From assembly GCA_964187785.1 (NCBI GenBank), contig OZ076418.1, positions 744,001 through 808,000 on the forward strand: a DNA stretch of 64,000 bases, read 5' to 3'. Below, piece by piece: positions 25,545-36,376 of this stretch; position 1 is the stretch's first letter; the number at the start of each line of letters is the position of its first letter. Source of the stretch: Amphiscolops sp. MND2022 (Eukaryota). The translations under genes were made by a program, and so were the position numbers. A model generated the notes under the pieces. That model ran no database searches, was not told the DNA's origin, and saw only the letters and a program-made list of their open reading frames with translations.

Positions 25545-25813
25545 AGTAGTAGTATATGTTCCAATGTGGCAGGTATAAAGTGAGGAGTTCATTTACCTTT
25601 TTTCGTGTTCCGCTTCAATATCCTTTAGAAATTTATCTCCTCAAATTAAATAACCTGTCAATTTTATCAGTCAGCTAGGGGTTCATTCACCCGAGAACTG
25701 TCTTATTTGAGTCAAATAACCTGTGAAGGTCATCCGACTGTATGAACTAATTATCTCCTCAAACAAAAGAACCTGTCAATCTTATCAGACTACCCGTCGG
25801 CGAAAGTAATTAT
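25545..25813 (+). repeat. Left terminal inverted repeat
   Basis: Reverse complement of 45385-45655 with a few substitutions and indels. Confidence 0.95.
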
Positions 25814-25990
25814 CTTTTCAGATAGAAGAATCTGTCAATTTATTGAGAATACCCGTCAGCAAAAGTAATTATCTACTCAGATAAAAGAACCTGTCAATCT
25901 TATAACTGCCCTGCGGCGAAAGTAATCATCTTTTCAAATGAAAGAAAGTTTTATGTGAATACCCGTCGGCGAAAGTAATCATCCACGCAA
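25790..25990 (+). repeat. Subterminal ~50-59-bp tandem repeats with core TACCCGTCGGCGAAAGTAATYAT
   Basis: Four core copies are visible. Confidence 0.75.
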
Positions 25991-26612
25991 ATTAGAGTGA
26001 CTAGCACATTTTCTTTTTAGACAATGTGTCAGATAATTCAATTATCCTTGAAAAGTAAAGACAATAACTCTGTCAAGTTTCTCAAAAAGCTTCTTATTTT
26101 GAATAATTATCTATAGATGCTAAAGAACATTGACCGTATTTGATTATATTAACATCGTGTCAAGTAGATTTGTTATATACTAAAGTTGTGGGACTGTCAA
26201 TTTTCCCAGACAACCAGTAACCTAATGTAATTACTTATGAGAAAGAGGACAACAAAAGCCCTCAACTTTCGCAGTGATCCTTCATGGAATAATTATCTAG
26301 CGACGTTAAAGAACATTGAGCGTATTCAAAGTAATGCTACGTAATCTAATCTTGTTATCTCTTTGAGTAAACGTATCCTATCAATTTTCCCAGACATCAA
26401 TTCAACTAGAATAATAACCTATGAAAGAAGAGAACAATACTTTTCAGAAAACATTCTCAGGGCTTAAAAGGAGTATGAAAAAAACTTTCTTGCTCGAACA
26501 TGATCTTACAAAATGAAAGCTAAATATTTTCTAGAACATGGTCACACAAAATGAATGAAATGAAAGTTGAAATATTTTCTAGAACATCAACATACAAAAT
26601 GGATTAGAAAAA

Positions 26613-29600
26613 TTAAATATCTAGGGGTTTTGTGTGAATCCCATCTTCTTGCACTTCTCGTTTAGGGTAAAAGTAAGACAGACCTCGTTTTTTCAGTTCG
26701 TACGTACAAATTTCCTTCTGATCGACAACTCTGAATCCTCTGTTCGTCGTGGTGACTTCATCTTGTTTTTGTAGAACATTCCTCATCTTCAACATTGGAT
26801 TGTCATCCTTCAATGTAGACTTGTTGACTCCTTTGCAGCTTATTTTCACAGTCTCTGATCGAGCATCAAAGCAACAGTATGTCTTTGAACACAAGGCTAC
26901 CATTTCAGTACATCGAAACTCTTCTTTGAAAAGACCAGGTGTTCTTTGATCAAATTTGTTGTGGAGACTGCAACAGTTTCTAGGGAAAAAATTGAATCGA
27001 CCATCAGCTTTGAATTCCCTTTCACTACAATCGGCCCACCGACAGTTTTGCCACAAAGTCTTCATCTCAGGTTTGATGATTTCTTCGATATTCGTCTCGG
27101 ATATTGCCATGTACAAACTATCAGTATCCATCTCAATCAGCTCGAACTTGGTATCATCACAAAAGAGTTTGAAAAAGTTAAAGTATAATTGAAGCATAAC
27201 AAGTTTAGCATATTGGAGTATAAAAAAAACCAACAATGATGGGTTCTTTGTGTTCAATTTTCCTCTTTCCCAATTCCAATTCAAAGATTTCGCGAGGTAG
27301 GTGGTGGAAACGTTTGAACATTCGATTATTGACTAACTTATCCACCTCTGATCCCACAACAAACTGAGTGTTTGTATGTTTCGAGCGATCAATGATTTGA
27401 TATCCATAGGAAGAATTCGCGATCAGTTTCATTGTCTCAGCTACAACAGAAGAATCCTTGTTTTCATCACCTCTTCTGCGTGCTGGCACTACCGAAGAAA
27501 CGAACCCTTCGAAGGTTCTCTTCGGTTTGTATTGAAGAAACCAATGAATTTTTTTCACAACCAATCCTTTTTCGAGATAAAAGTTCAAGAGTGGTGTTAT
27601 AATTGGACCCCGCTCTAGTTTAAAACTCGATATCAACATGCGAGTGGGTTTTTTCAATAGGTTATTTATCTGCGCGAAGGATCGCATGTGTGTTCCTATA
27701 TCTTCACGAGAAACATCGCAGTTTTTGAAGATTGGCGGAAAATCAGCAAATTGATCTCGCAACTCCATGGGAACCTCAATAGTGCAGTCCAAAACTCCAA
27801 TGAGTTGTTCCTGTCGAATTCGTTGGAGAAGGCTAGCTTCGGATAATGGGGGAATGAAGGGGTGATTTTTTTTCATGAAATCTTTAGCTCCTTCTTCGTT
27901 TGATTTCACCATTCTCCACCACTGACATTCCCAAATCTCAACAATTTTTAATCCCTTACTTCTGAGGAATCTTCTGCGGAAAGCATCAGATTGTCGACGT
28001 TTCACTCCCTTTTCGATATCTTCTAAAGGTAAACGACGTTTCTCCTGACAGTGGCAAAAATGATAGAAACATCCCATTGCTTCGAACACTGTGGAACAAT
28101 GTGAACAGTAACCATCCACAGAAAATCTTCCAAACTTCTTTTGCTTTCCATTGAATTGGGTTTGTATGGAACATTCAGGATGTTTGAACTGTTGGAATTC
28201 GAGAATCAATTCCTCGAAATGACTCCGTCTCAACCTGTTTGGATGAAATCGATTATCCTCCTTCAATTCCCACTTCGAGTACGGGCCAGTGGGTAGTTCT
28301 TTTGTCATAGCAAACGGATACAATTGACTAGCGTCAATTCCAACAATAGCTTTGCAGACATTGGACGAATTTTTGATTTTTGTATCCCCCACTTTCGCAT
28401 ATCGAGTAAAAATGATAGATGGACCTCCTGTTAACCATTTTCGAATATAATCATCATACTGTCGATCTGATTCGATGAATGGAAAGAATTTGAAATTTGT
28501 CGAGGAATGGAGAATGCGATTTGCTAAATTTGGTAGAGTACAACCAAGCTTCAACATATCGATACCTCTATCATGATAAAATTTCATCATCGTCAACATA
28601 GCTTCAAGGGTAGGTTTCACATCTTTAACATTGTACCATTCCAAGAAATCACGAAACGTCAGCATGCCTTCTTCAATCCAGATTGTTTCCAACGCTTCAT
28701 AGTTCTCTTCTTTAGTCTTTGGTATTTCCTTCAAACCAAGCTTTCTCAAAGCATCAGGAACAGCAACACCTTGATTCAATATTTGAATGTAATGTTGATA
28801 GTCAGAATCAAGAACATTACAATTCTTCAATTTACTGAAAAACGCTTCAGCTGGGGGCAGACACGGTTGTTCCAATTTAACTACATCATCGAACCATTCA
28901 TAGGGGAAAAATCCTTTCTCTTCCGATGCACCATAAGCTTTCAAAAATTTGTCGAGGGATGTTGCTCCTCCGAGAAAGTTTAAAATATCTAGAAACTGAA
29001 TTCCCATGAAACTACAGCTAATATACTTGTTGCTAACTTTAATTACCGATGGAGAACATTCGTGTTCTAGTAGGAGATACTCCAACAGATACTGTTTGAT
29101 TAGATTCAGATCATACTTCGAACTGTTAAATCCGAATACAGGTAGATAGTCACAGTACTTTTCCAACTCCAATAAAACTCGAGTGAGTGTTTCTTTTTCC
29201 TGAAATAAACCCATGAGAACGGGATCATTCTGAATGTCTTTATCATCAATCTCTTCGTTGTTGTCTTCGTGAGCTTCATCTAGGAGATTATCATTTGTAG
29301 GTTGTCGTTTTTTTCTTCTGGGAAGTTCTTCTATCAGTTGGTTAATGCGTTTTGCAATCTCATCGAGTTCGTTTTTGAACAATTCTCTGTATTGCGTTGC
29401 ACTCTTTTCCGATAACTTTCTAAGTTCATCGACAAACCGACTGACGAGTTCCCTGGGATCACTGCAGCAGATAAAAATAGGTTGATCGCAAAGATTAGAT
29501 GAAATAGCTACGCTTATTGGAACAATGCGAGCGATCCATGTTGTGTTCTCTTGATTGGAAGTGTTGTTTCCTAGTGGAACAGCGAGAGCTTCAAAGTCAA

Positions 29601-30954
29601 ACACAGCTAAATTTTGGAACAATCGTCTCTCCGTTTCAACATGAATGTTTATTCCCTCCAGTTTCTCGAAAATTGTTTCTCTAAGTTCGTACGGTCCATT
29701 GGGATAAGTATGTTTAACTTTGTCATCACAACTCAGCAAATGACGATCCAATAGAGAGCTCTTCGTGAAATAATTGTCACAGTTGTGACATCTAAAGTTT
29801 TTCAAGAGAGTGTTGATGTTACTGACCCAACACACGTGGTTGTTGTACTGAACTAAAGATAACCCTTTCCCGAAAAGTCCTGCACTTCTTCGTGAGAGTT
29901 CCCCTAGTAGTAAGCCTTCTTCATCGTAATACAAAGAATACATATTCAAATTAACTGATGTAATTTTTTCTACTAGAGGAATTTCCTCTGGCGAAACACC
30001 AGGGAAATCAATTGCATCTTGTCCACTTTCGCTCAAGAACGATGTGAAGTAGAGAAGGGTATTGTTCGACAAGTTCTCACTCCCATGAAGATGGAATGCT
30101 ATCGCCCGAAAAAGACACAAATTGTCGTGATACGGCTTACTATTACTGTCGGAGAGAAAGCATTTAACACTCTTATTCCGAATCAAAGCATTGGGTAACT
30201 CTACATCAGTACAACCAAGTGCAACTCGAGGCATCAGATAGACAAAGAAAGTCACATTAGTCACACAGTAAAATCGCCATTTTGTGTCCGGACGCTGTTG
30301 AATAATACTCTCGAAGACGTTTTCATCTTCATAACGTTCCTTGATAAATTCTAAGTCTTCTAATGTAGAAAATATGACTGGGAAATGAAATACGGGATTA
30401 TTATTCTCAGCGTAAAAGTATCGGAACTCCCCGTGGTTCTGAATGTTTTGCAAGACAAACCCAAACGAAAAGTTGAGTTTTGCTGCACAAGGAAGTTCAG
30501 AATGGATGAAATCCAATTTCTCATCAATAAACTTTTCATCTAGCGAATTCAGTCTGAAATTATAAACAATTTTCCTACTGGTTTGGATTTTTGAGTCTGT
30601 AAGAAAATGTTGTACAGTACGCATCTCACTCAAGAGATTTGGATCGGAGTTGAATTCACTCAGATCCATTTCATTGTTGACGTTGGAGGTTGAAGGATAA
30701 TTTTGGTGTTGGGAACGATTGTGGAAAGATAGTTGATGAAAGGTCTGGAAAGGTTGGTGACACACTCTGCAAACGAATGATTTCGCACGATTTGCACCAT
30801 GTTTTGTAGCAATATGATATTGTAATCTCACCAATTTTCCAAATGTCTTGGGACATTTTGGACATCGATGTTGATGAGATTTAATATGACGAGCAAAATT
30901 CTTTTTCGCAAGAAGTTTATTGCAAACGTCACACTGCTTGCGATCGTGTGGCAT
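26613..30954 (-). CDS. polB: Protein-primed family B DNA polymerase (about 1446 aa after correcting one frameshift in the A8 run at 27222-27229)
   Basis: Exonuclease motifs VFDFE, GFNSSKYD and YNVKDV; polymerase motifs GIDASQLYP, KLIANSSYG and EMDTDS. Also N-terminal C2H2 fingers and an OTU-like DNLCLFRA...NHVCWV segment. Confidence 0.95.
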
Positions 30955-31036
30955 CTTGTAAATTAATTATGCGATAAGATGGTCTGCAAATGGTCAAGGG
31001 TAACCTTTTGTCCAGACGATAGTGAATCCACTAATT

Positions 31037-31468
31037 TCACAAACTCGGAACCAATGGGGGAAAAACTATTTGCTCAACTTTGGATATTAGGTCTGCGTTG
31101 AATCGTGGTCCAGAGATACTTCTTGAAGAAATAGCTTTCGCAAAGTGAAACTTGAATCTTTTACGGAATAGTCTTTTTCTTGCCAAACTGGGTTGCTTCA
31201 ATGATGGATAAGGTAGACTTTGATGAAAGTGAATAGCAGCCAACAATTTCTGAAAAATAGAACCTTTCAGATCAACAATTTCGGTAAAATAAACTTTGAA
31301 CGCAGTGAATAGACAATCAATCTGCTGTGATCTGAAATTCGTTGACGTAAAACTTTTGGTTACTTTGGAATGTACGAGAGAATCAAAGAAAATTATGTGA
31401 GTGGAACAGTTAACTTGTTTGCAAATTTTTGTATGTGATCCGACGACGTACTGTTCGAAATTATTCAA
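31037..31468 (-). CDS. Polinton accessory protein, unknown function
   Basis: 143-aa ORF directly upstream of and co-oriented with polB; homologous relics at 24500-24962 and about 50110-50620. Confidence 0.6.
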   Translation of the reverse strand: MNNFEQYVVGSHTKICKQVNCSTHIIFFDSLVHSKVTKSFTSTNFRSQQIDCLFTAFKVYFTEIVDLKGSIFQKLLAAIHFHQSLPYPSLKQPSLARKRLFRKRFKFHFAKAISSRSISGPRFNADLISKVEQIVFPPLVPSL

Positions 31469-31689
31469 ATCGATTTGTGAAGGTTAGGATTCAAAAATGA
31501 CCAACAAACAACAGTCTGTGAAAGATTGGAAAAAAGGTGGAAATAAATCGGGCGTTCCACAAGCCATGAAAAATGTTACTCTCAAAAAGTGAAAAGATAT
31601 CTTACAAAAATGGAAAAGTAAGGAAAGTACTACGAAAGGTTTTCATCTACAAAATGAAATGATAAAAATGACATCACGAGCAAAAAGAA

Positions 31690-31915
31690 AAATTTTCAAT
31701 TGGTCATTTCCTTTTAATTTTGAAAGTAAGCAACTCAAATACAAAATTCTGATTGGTTCGCGAGAAAGTGTTGAATCGGTCGATCGATTTAATGATTTAG
31801 AGTGTCAGCCAATGAAGTTTATTCTCTGAAATCACTAGAAGATATTCCTCTCTAAATACGTGATAGAGAGTAGAAATTCCAAATCGTGACCAATCACAGA
31901 TTTCTGTTATTGGAT
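31690..31915. promoter_or_regulatory. CCAAT-rich candidate bidirectional promoter with palindrome CCAATCACAGA-TT-TCTGTTATTGG (31890-31913)
   Basis: Several CCAAT/ATTGG boxes lie between the divergent transcription units; the palindrome is conserved in the older family. Confidence 0.55.
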
Positions 31916-32005
31916 ACTTGATCGTCTTGATTGATTTCAGCCGACAGCCATTCCATTGTATATCTCCTCCAGACTAGACACCTAAAATTTCACTCTACTA
32001 TTAAG

Positions 32006-32632
32006 ATGAAAGTATTCACCTTTGAAACAATACCTGACAAAGAAAAAATCACTTTTCATTGGGACGAAGCTAATGGAGAGATTGTATTTGTTACAGAGAG
32101 TCGAATTTTTCAGGACGATTGGAGTGTATCGAACAAAATTTGCATTCCTGATGTTCTCTTCTCAATGTCCCACATTTGGATGCACTGTGTGAAGCAAGAA
32201 AGTGATGTAGCCTTATCATCGATAGTTTTACATCGCAAAAATATTCCTCGCCATCAATTTTTGGAGCCTACCCCAAACTTACTTTTACAACCTGTAACGA
32301 ATTGTGAATCAATATCTCCAAGTGTGAGAGAGATTTTCTACGAGCATGACTTATCACGTTGTCCGCTGTCAGCTAATCAATTGGGACTTTTAGAAGACAT
32401 GGAAAGGTTGGAAGGTGCCTGGTCATTGAACGATCAGAGTTCATTCACTCAGTCAACATCCAACGATGTCGCGACTCGCAAAAGGATAATACCCCGAATG
32501 GGTACTTCGGCCATTAGAGGAAAGAGTCACCGACTAGACACGAAACAAGAGAACGTTGATTCGTCGAACCTTTTGATTGGTCCTATCGACAACGAGCACA
32601 CGAGAGTAGGTGTCAGCGAATCAGATAATTGA
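32006..32632 (+). CDS. Polinton accessory protein, unknown function (208 aa)
   Basis: Open frame from ATG 32006; divergent homolog at 23085-23831. Confidence 0.65.
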   Translation: MKVFTFETIPDKEKITFHWDEANGEIVFVTESRIFQDDWSVSNKICIPDVLFSMSHIWMHCVKQESDVALSSIVLHRKNIPRHQFLEPTPNLLLQPVTNCESISPSVREIFYEHDLSRCPLSANQLGLLEDMERLEGAWSLNDQSSFTQSTSNDVATRKRIIPRMGTSAIRGKSHRLDTKQENVDSSNLLIGPIDNEHTRVGVSESDN

Positions 32633-32820
32633 AAAATTTTACTCGTTTATTCAACGTTACGAGTATATTCGATTCATCATTTAACTCAACATTATTTCAC
32701 TTTTTTACTAAAAGCCAAGAAGTCTGTACGTCCTTTTTCATTTCCTCCAGTATAGATAAAATTGATACTCTTTTTTACTAACATCTTTAACGTTGTTTTA
32801 ACGTGGAACATTCAATCAAG

Positions 32821-33559
32821 ATGAAGAGAAGTCTTTCCTCAATTTCATCAAAAGGATCCAACGCTGAGCCTAACGTGGAAAGTGGGACTTTGGGACTTCG
32901 AGCATTGAACAGCTACAAAGAACGAAATGCTGTTGGAGTTTTGGAGCAAGAAAACTGTTGGGATTTTTCGCACGTACCTTTCAGAACTCTGAGAGTATCA
33001 ATTCCCAAATACTCATATGAGAGGGAAACAGTTTCGGATTGGGTTCATTTCAAAATTCTCAAAAAGGATCGAGGAGAGTACAAAGGACATCAACTCGTTA
33101 TTCTTTCTCTTTATGAAACTCGTCAATTATTGTCAAGTTTGGAACGAATCAATAAAGATTCTCACTCACAATTTGAGTGTATCAAAGGTGATACAAACTA
33201 CGGAACAGACATTTCAGACTTCCCACAAAGTCATTCTCCGTCCAATTTCCCTACTTTGGAGGAAGATCGAGAAAAAGGAATTAAATTTTGGGATATTTGC
33301 GAGTCCGAGACGATTTGTGGGAGCATCCCTCAAAGTGTATGACAATACCGACTATTCAAAGACATATATTCAATTGAAACTCTACACTAGAAATGATACT
33401 CATGACCAATTCGTTCGGAAAGGGGCACTCAGTCTGCGGGTTGGTGAACTCGAGGAACTAACCCGACACGATAGTCAACTGATGGAAGCAGTTGTGAGAG
33501 AATCACTGAGAAAGTACAAATTGTGGAAGGAAAACTCTGCATTTTCATTAAAAGTTTGA
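32821..33559 (+). CDS. Polinton protein with candidate PC4-like ssDNA-binding domains, probably one frameshift near 33272-33290
   Basis: Two overlapping frames; the second contains RRFVGASLKVY...YIQLKLY...VRKGALSL...ELEEL, reminiscent of PC4/Sub1. Confidence 0.45.
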
Positions 33560-33692
33560 ATGATGTTCTTTTTATCTTAGTTATGTATGTGCATGTTTTC
33601 CGAAGTATTTATTTCCATCGTTCTCGTGAATTGAAAAATAATAGAGTTTTCATTACAATTCATGTTTCATTAGAAGTGAGTCGGATAGAATA

Positions 33693-34094
33693 ATGATTGA
33701 TATAGGAGAGAATAGAAAACTTATTACCAGGAAAAAAGTTGAAAGAACAATTGAATTCATTGAGTGCAAAACTTTTGGATCCAAGTGTCAGCCTGAATTT
33801 CATTTACAATTTAGTCTACTGGAAGCGAGTCTCTTACCTAAAGAAATTGAAGTTGTCACAAAAGAATCCAAGTCTTTCAAATATTCGAACGGAAGAAGGA
33901 GACTCGAATTGACATTCTGGGGTACAGATAACAAAATTGCAAACTGTAAAATTGAAGTTAAACAGTTTAAAAAGACAAAATTCGTTACAATCAATAGCTT
34001 AGCGCTCTCTACTCAAGAATATTTGCGACTAAAACAATTTTGTACGTCAACAATATCGGTACCTGAAATTGACATTTTGGAGCAGTCTCAGTGA
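33693..34094 (+). CDS. Polinton accessory protein, possibly PC4-like
   Basis: 133-aa ORF; KIEVKQF...SLALSTQEYLRL resembles the PC4 strand-strand-helix end. Confidence 0.5.
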   Translation: MIDIGENRKLITRKKVERTIEFIECKTFGSKCQPEFHLQFSLLEASLLPKEIEVVTKESKSFKYSNGRRRLELTFWGTDNKIANCKIEVKQFKKTKFVTINSLALSTQEYLRLKQFCTSTISVPEIDILEQSQ

Positions 34095-34131
34095 ACATTT
34101 TGGAACAGTCTCATTGAACATTTACCCAACA

Positions 34132-34542
34132 ATGAATTTGAACTCGATTCTGTCAACTGAAAAAGAAATATCCACCAATACTCATTTTCAGAAAAACACT
34201 AAACGCAAAAATTTTTTCTTGGCGTGTTGTCTCTCCATCAGTTCAGAAGTAGATTTATTAGAAATTGATCGACTAGCTCCGTTCGGTGGTTTGATAGGAA
34301 TTGGTGACTCAACTCTCGAGACAGTATTCGGTGGATTGAAGTGTTTTCGAATGCATGCAGTTTTACATGATGCATCTGGTTTCATGAAAACGACATATTC
34401 AAGAGGAGTCGGATATTGTTATGTATTCAAAAGCGATACCATACTACCAAATTCCTGTTTATTGGGACACATTACTGGTTTAGTTTATTGTCTCTATTTG
34501 AAATTCTATCATTCCAAGCTTTTCAGTGATTTCGATGTTTGA
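34132..34542 (+). CDS. Candidate phospholipase A2-like protein
   Basis: Gly-rich loop PFGGLIGIG followed by HAVLHDA (His-Asp dyad) and GVGYCY. Confidence 0.45.
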   Translation: MNLNSILSTEKEISTNTHFQKNTKRKNFFLACCLSISSEVDLLEIDRLAPFGGLIGIGDSTLETVFGGLKCFRMHAVLHDASGFMKTTYSRGVGYCYVFKSDTILPNSCLLGHITGLVYCLYLKFYHSKLFSDFDV

Positions 34543-34623
34543 TTAGCTTCACAGTTTCAAAACCGTGATCGTCCCCTCATTATCCAATTTCAACCACAAA
34601 ATCTAGTTTGCTCAATCACGGAA

Positions 34624-34893
34624 ATGACTGATGGTGTTGATGGTTTGGAAACAATTACACCCCAACAGATTGTATTTGACTCAAACAATCAAGAACGATC
34701 ACCTTGGTTCTTTTTGGGACGCGAATGTTCGAGATCTGCTAGCCTCTTTTTCTTTCAGTGTTTTTTAATTTTCATTTTAGTTTCAACGTCAATCACTTGC
34801 ATTGCATTATCAAAAAGTTGTGAAGAGTCAACTGTTTGGGTTGCAATTTTAACGTGGGCTGTTGGCTATATCTTACCTTCTCCGAGGCCTTAA
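34624..34893 (+). CDS. Small two-helix membrane protein typical of Polintons
   Basis: Hydrophobic segments LFFFQCFLIFILVSTSITCIAL and VWVAILTWAVGYILPSP. Confidence 0.7.
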   Translation: MTDGVDGLETITPQQIVFDSNNQERSPWFFLGRECSRSASLFFFQCFLIFILVSTSITCIALSKSCEESTVWVAILTWAVGYILPSPRP

Positions 34894-34894
34894 C

Positions 34895-35545
34895 ATGAAC
34901 AAAATTAATTCCACGAAAGACAGGCTTTTCATGTCTATAGTAGGCCCTTCTGGGTGTGGAAAGTCCCATTTGATTTTCGACATGTTGAGAAGAACTTTTT
35001 TCCCCGAGTTTGACAAAGTTTTGTATTTTTTCAAACACAGTCAACCTCTATTTGAGCAAATGAGTCGCGAGTTTCCAAAGTTAGAATTCATCGGATCGCT
35101 AGATTTCGATCTAATTGACAATCTACCAGATAATGGAGCCAATTATCTTTTAGTGTTCGATGATTCCTGTCAAGAAATTTACAAATCGCAAAAGTTCATC
35201 GACTTGGCTACTGCAGGAAGACACAAAAAGCTGAGTTGTATTTATATCAAACACAATCTCTTTCACAAATCATCTAACGGTCGGGATATAGACTTGCAAA
35301 ATACACATATTGTTCTTTTCAAATCACCGCGTGACGTACAACAAGTAAAAGTTCTCAGTCGTCAATTAGGAATTGAACGTCAACTAGTAGATTGGTACAT
35401 TGATGCTACTACAAAACCTTTCGGACACTTGATGATTGACCTTAGTCCAAAAACTGATGATCTCATACGTTATGGTACTAATTGTACATCATTTCCTTCA
35501 CAGTTTTACCTACCTAGCAGTAGAGCACGACAGTGGGTTAAATGA
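34895..35545 (+). CDS. FtsK/A32-like genome-packaging ATPase
   Basis: Walker A GPSGCGKS, Walker B LLVFDD and the GRH motif. Confidence 0.93.
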   Translation: MNKINSTKDRLFMSIVGPSGCGKSHLIFDMLRRTFFPEFDKVLYFFKHSQPLFEQMSREFPKLEFIGSLDFDLIDNLPDNGANYLLVFDDSCQEIYKSQKFIDLATAGRHKKLSCIYIKHNLFHKSSNGRDIDLQNTHIVLFKSPRDVQQVKVLSRQLGIERQLVDWYIDATTKPFGHLMIDLSPKTDDLIRYGTNCTSFPSQFYLPSSRARQWVK

Positions 35546-35859
35546 TCAAACCACTGAATTACTTTACTCTGAAACTCTTTTTGACTTTCAACAAAACCCT
35601 CCAAAACATTTTCCTCAAAAAATGTTCCAAAGACTTTCTTCGTTTTCTATGTGAGTGTGTTAAAAATCTACTAGAAGGGAATCTCTGTGATATTCGGCGA
35701 AAGCAAATCAAACGGTTTGAATCTTTAATCATTCGGATAATTTCCCCAAAGACTTCTGTGAGAACAAGACGTGCTTTGCTAGCCAGTGATAAGGGACTCT
35801 CGCTAATCAGATTGATTGGTGGTTGCGTTTTGAAAAAGTTTGCACATAGATTTGATTGA
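35542..35859 (+). CDS. Conserved small basic Polinton protein downstream of the ATPase
   Basis: LRFLCECVKNLLEGN...RRALL pattern; duplicated at 39902-40219. Confidence 0.7.
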   Translation: MIKPLNYFTLKLFLTFNKTLQNIFLKKCSKDFLRFLCECVKNLLEGNLCDIRRKQIKRFESLIIRIISPKTSVRTRRALLASDKGLSLIRLIGGCVLKKFAHRFD

Positions 35860-36376
35860 TGGACAAAAGTAAGTTTGTCTTGATTCCCTTATCTTTGTGG
35901 GAAAATCTATTCAAAAGTTACTTCGAACCCACAACTACAAAAGAAAAATCAGCAGGACAAGTTTATCTCAAATTCGGAGGGTCATTAACCCCGAAGACTG
36001 ATCGTAAGTCGATGGTTTTTGAACCTAAATATAAAGTTAGTAAAGTTGCTCCCCAATCACCTCTGAAATCGTCGCTACCTAATTTCGAAGAAACCTTGGA
36101 GAATAAATACAAGAACAATTCTTCGGCAAAAAAATTCTCAAAAAGCTGACAACGAACGATTCCATCAAGTTTTCAATCAACAAAACTATAATAGTTGACG
36201 ACATTGACACTGAAATTGAAGTGGAGGACTTTATCTCGAACTTGACAAGGAAGAAAGGTGAATTCGATCCACGCTTCACAATAATTTTGAATGTTCTAGA
36301 TCTTGATCCATCTACTGTTCAGAATTCTAAAGCTTTCAATGACGACAATGCAGGATGGGTCTATTACGCTTTCTGA
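35856..36376 (+). pseudogene. Polinton ORF (about 173 aa) with a frameshift in the A7 run at 36128-36134
   Basis: Adding one A continues the frame as KKILKKLTTNDSIKF...AGWVYYAF*; duplicated at 40216-40736 with the same lesion. Confidence 0.65.

Noticed and set aside
26455-26490. Possible histone-type hairpin downstream of polB
   Set aside because: Only the TTTA loop and the top pairs match; the stem does not pair and it is about 140 nt from the stop.
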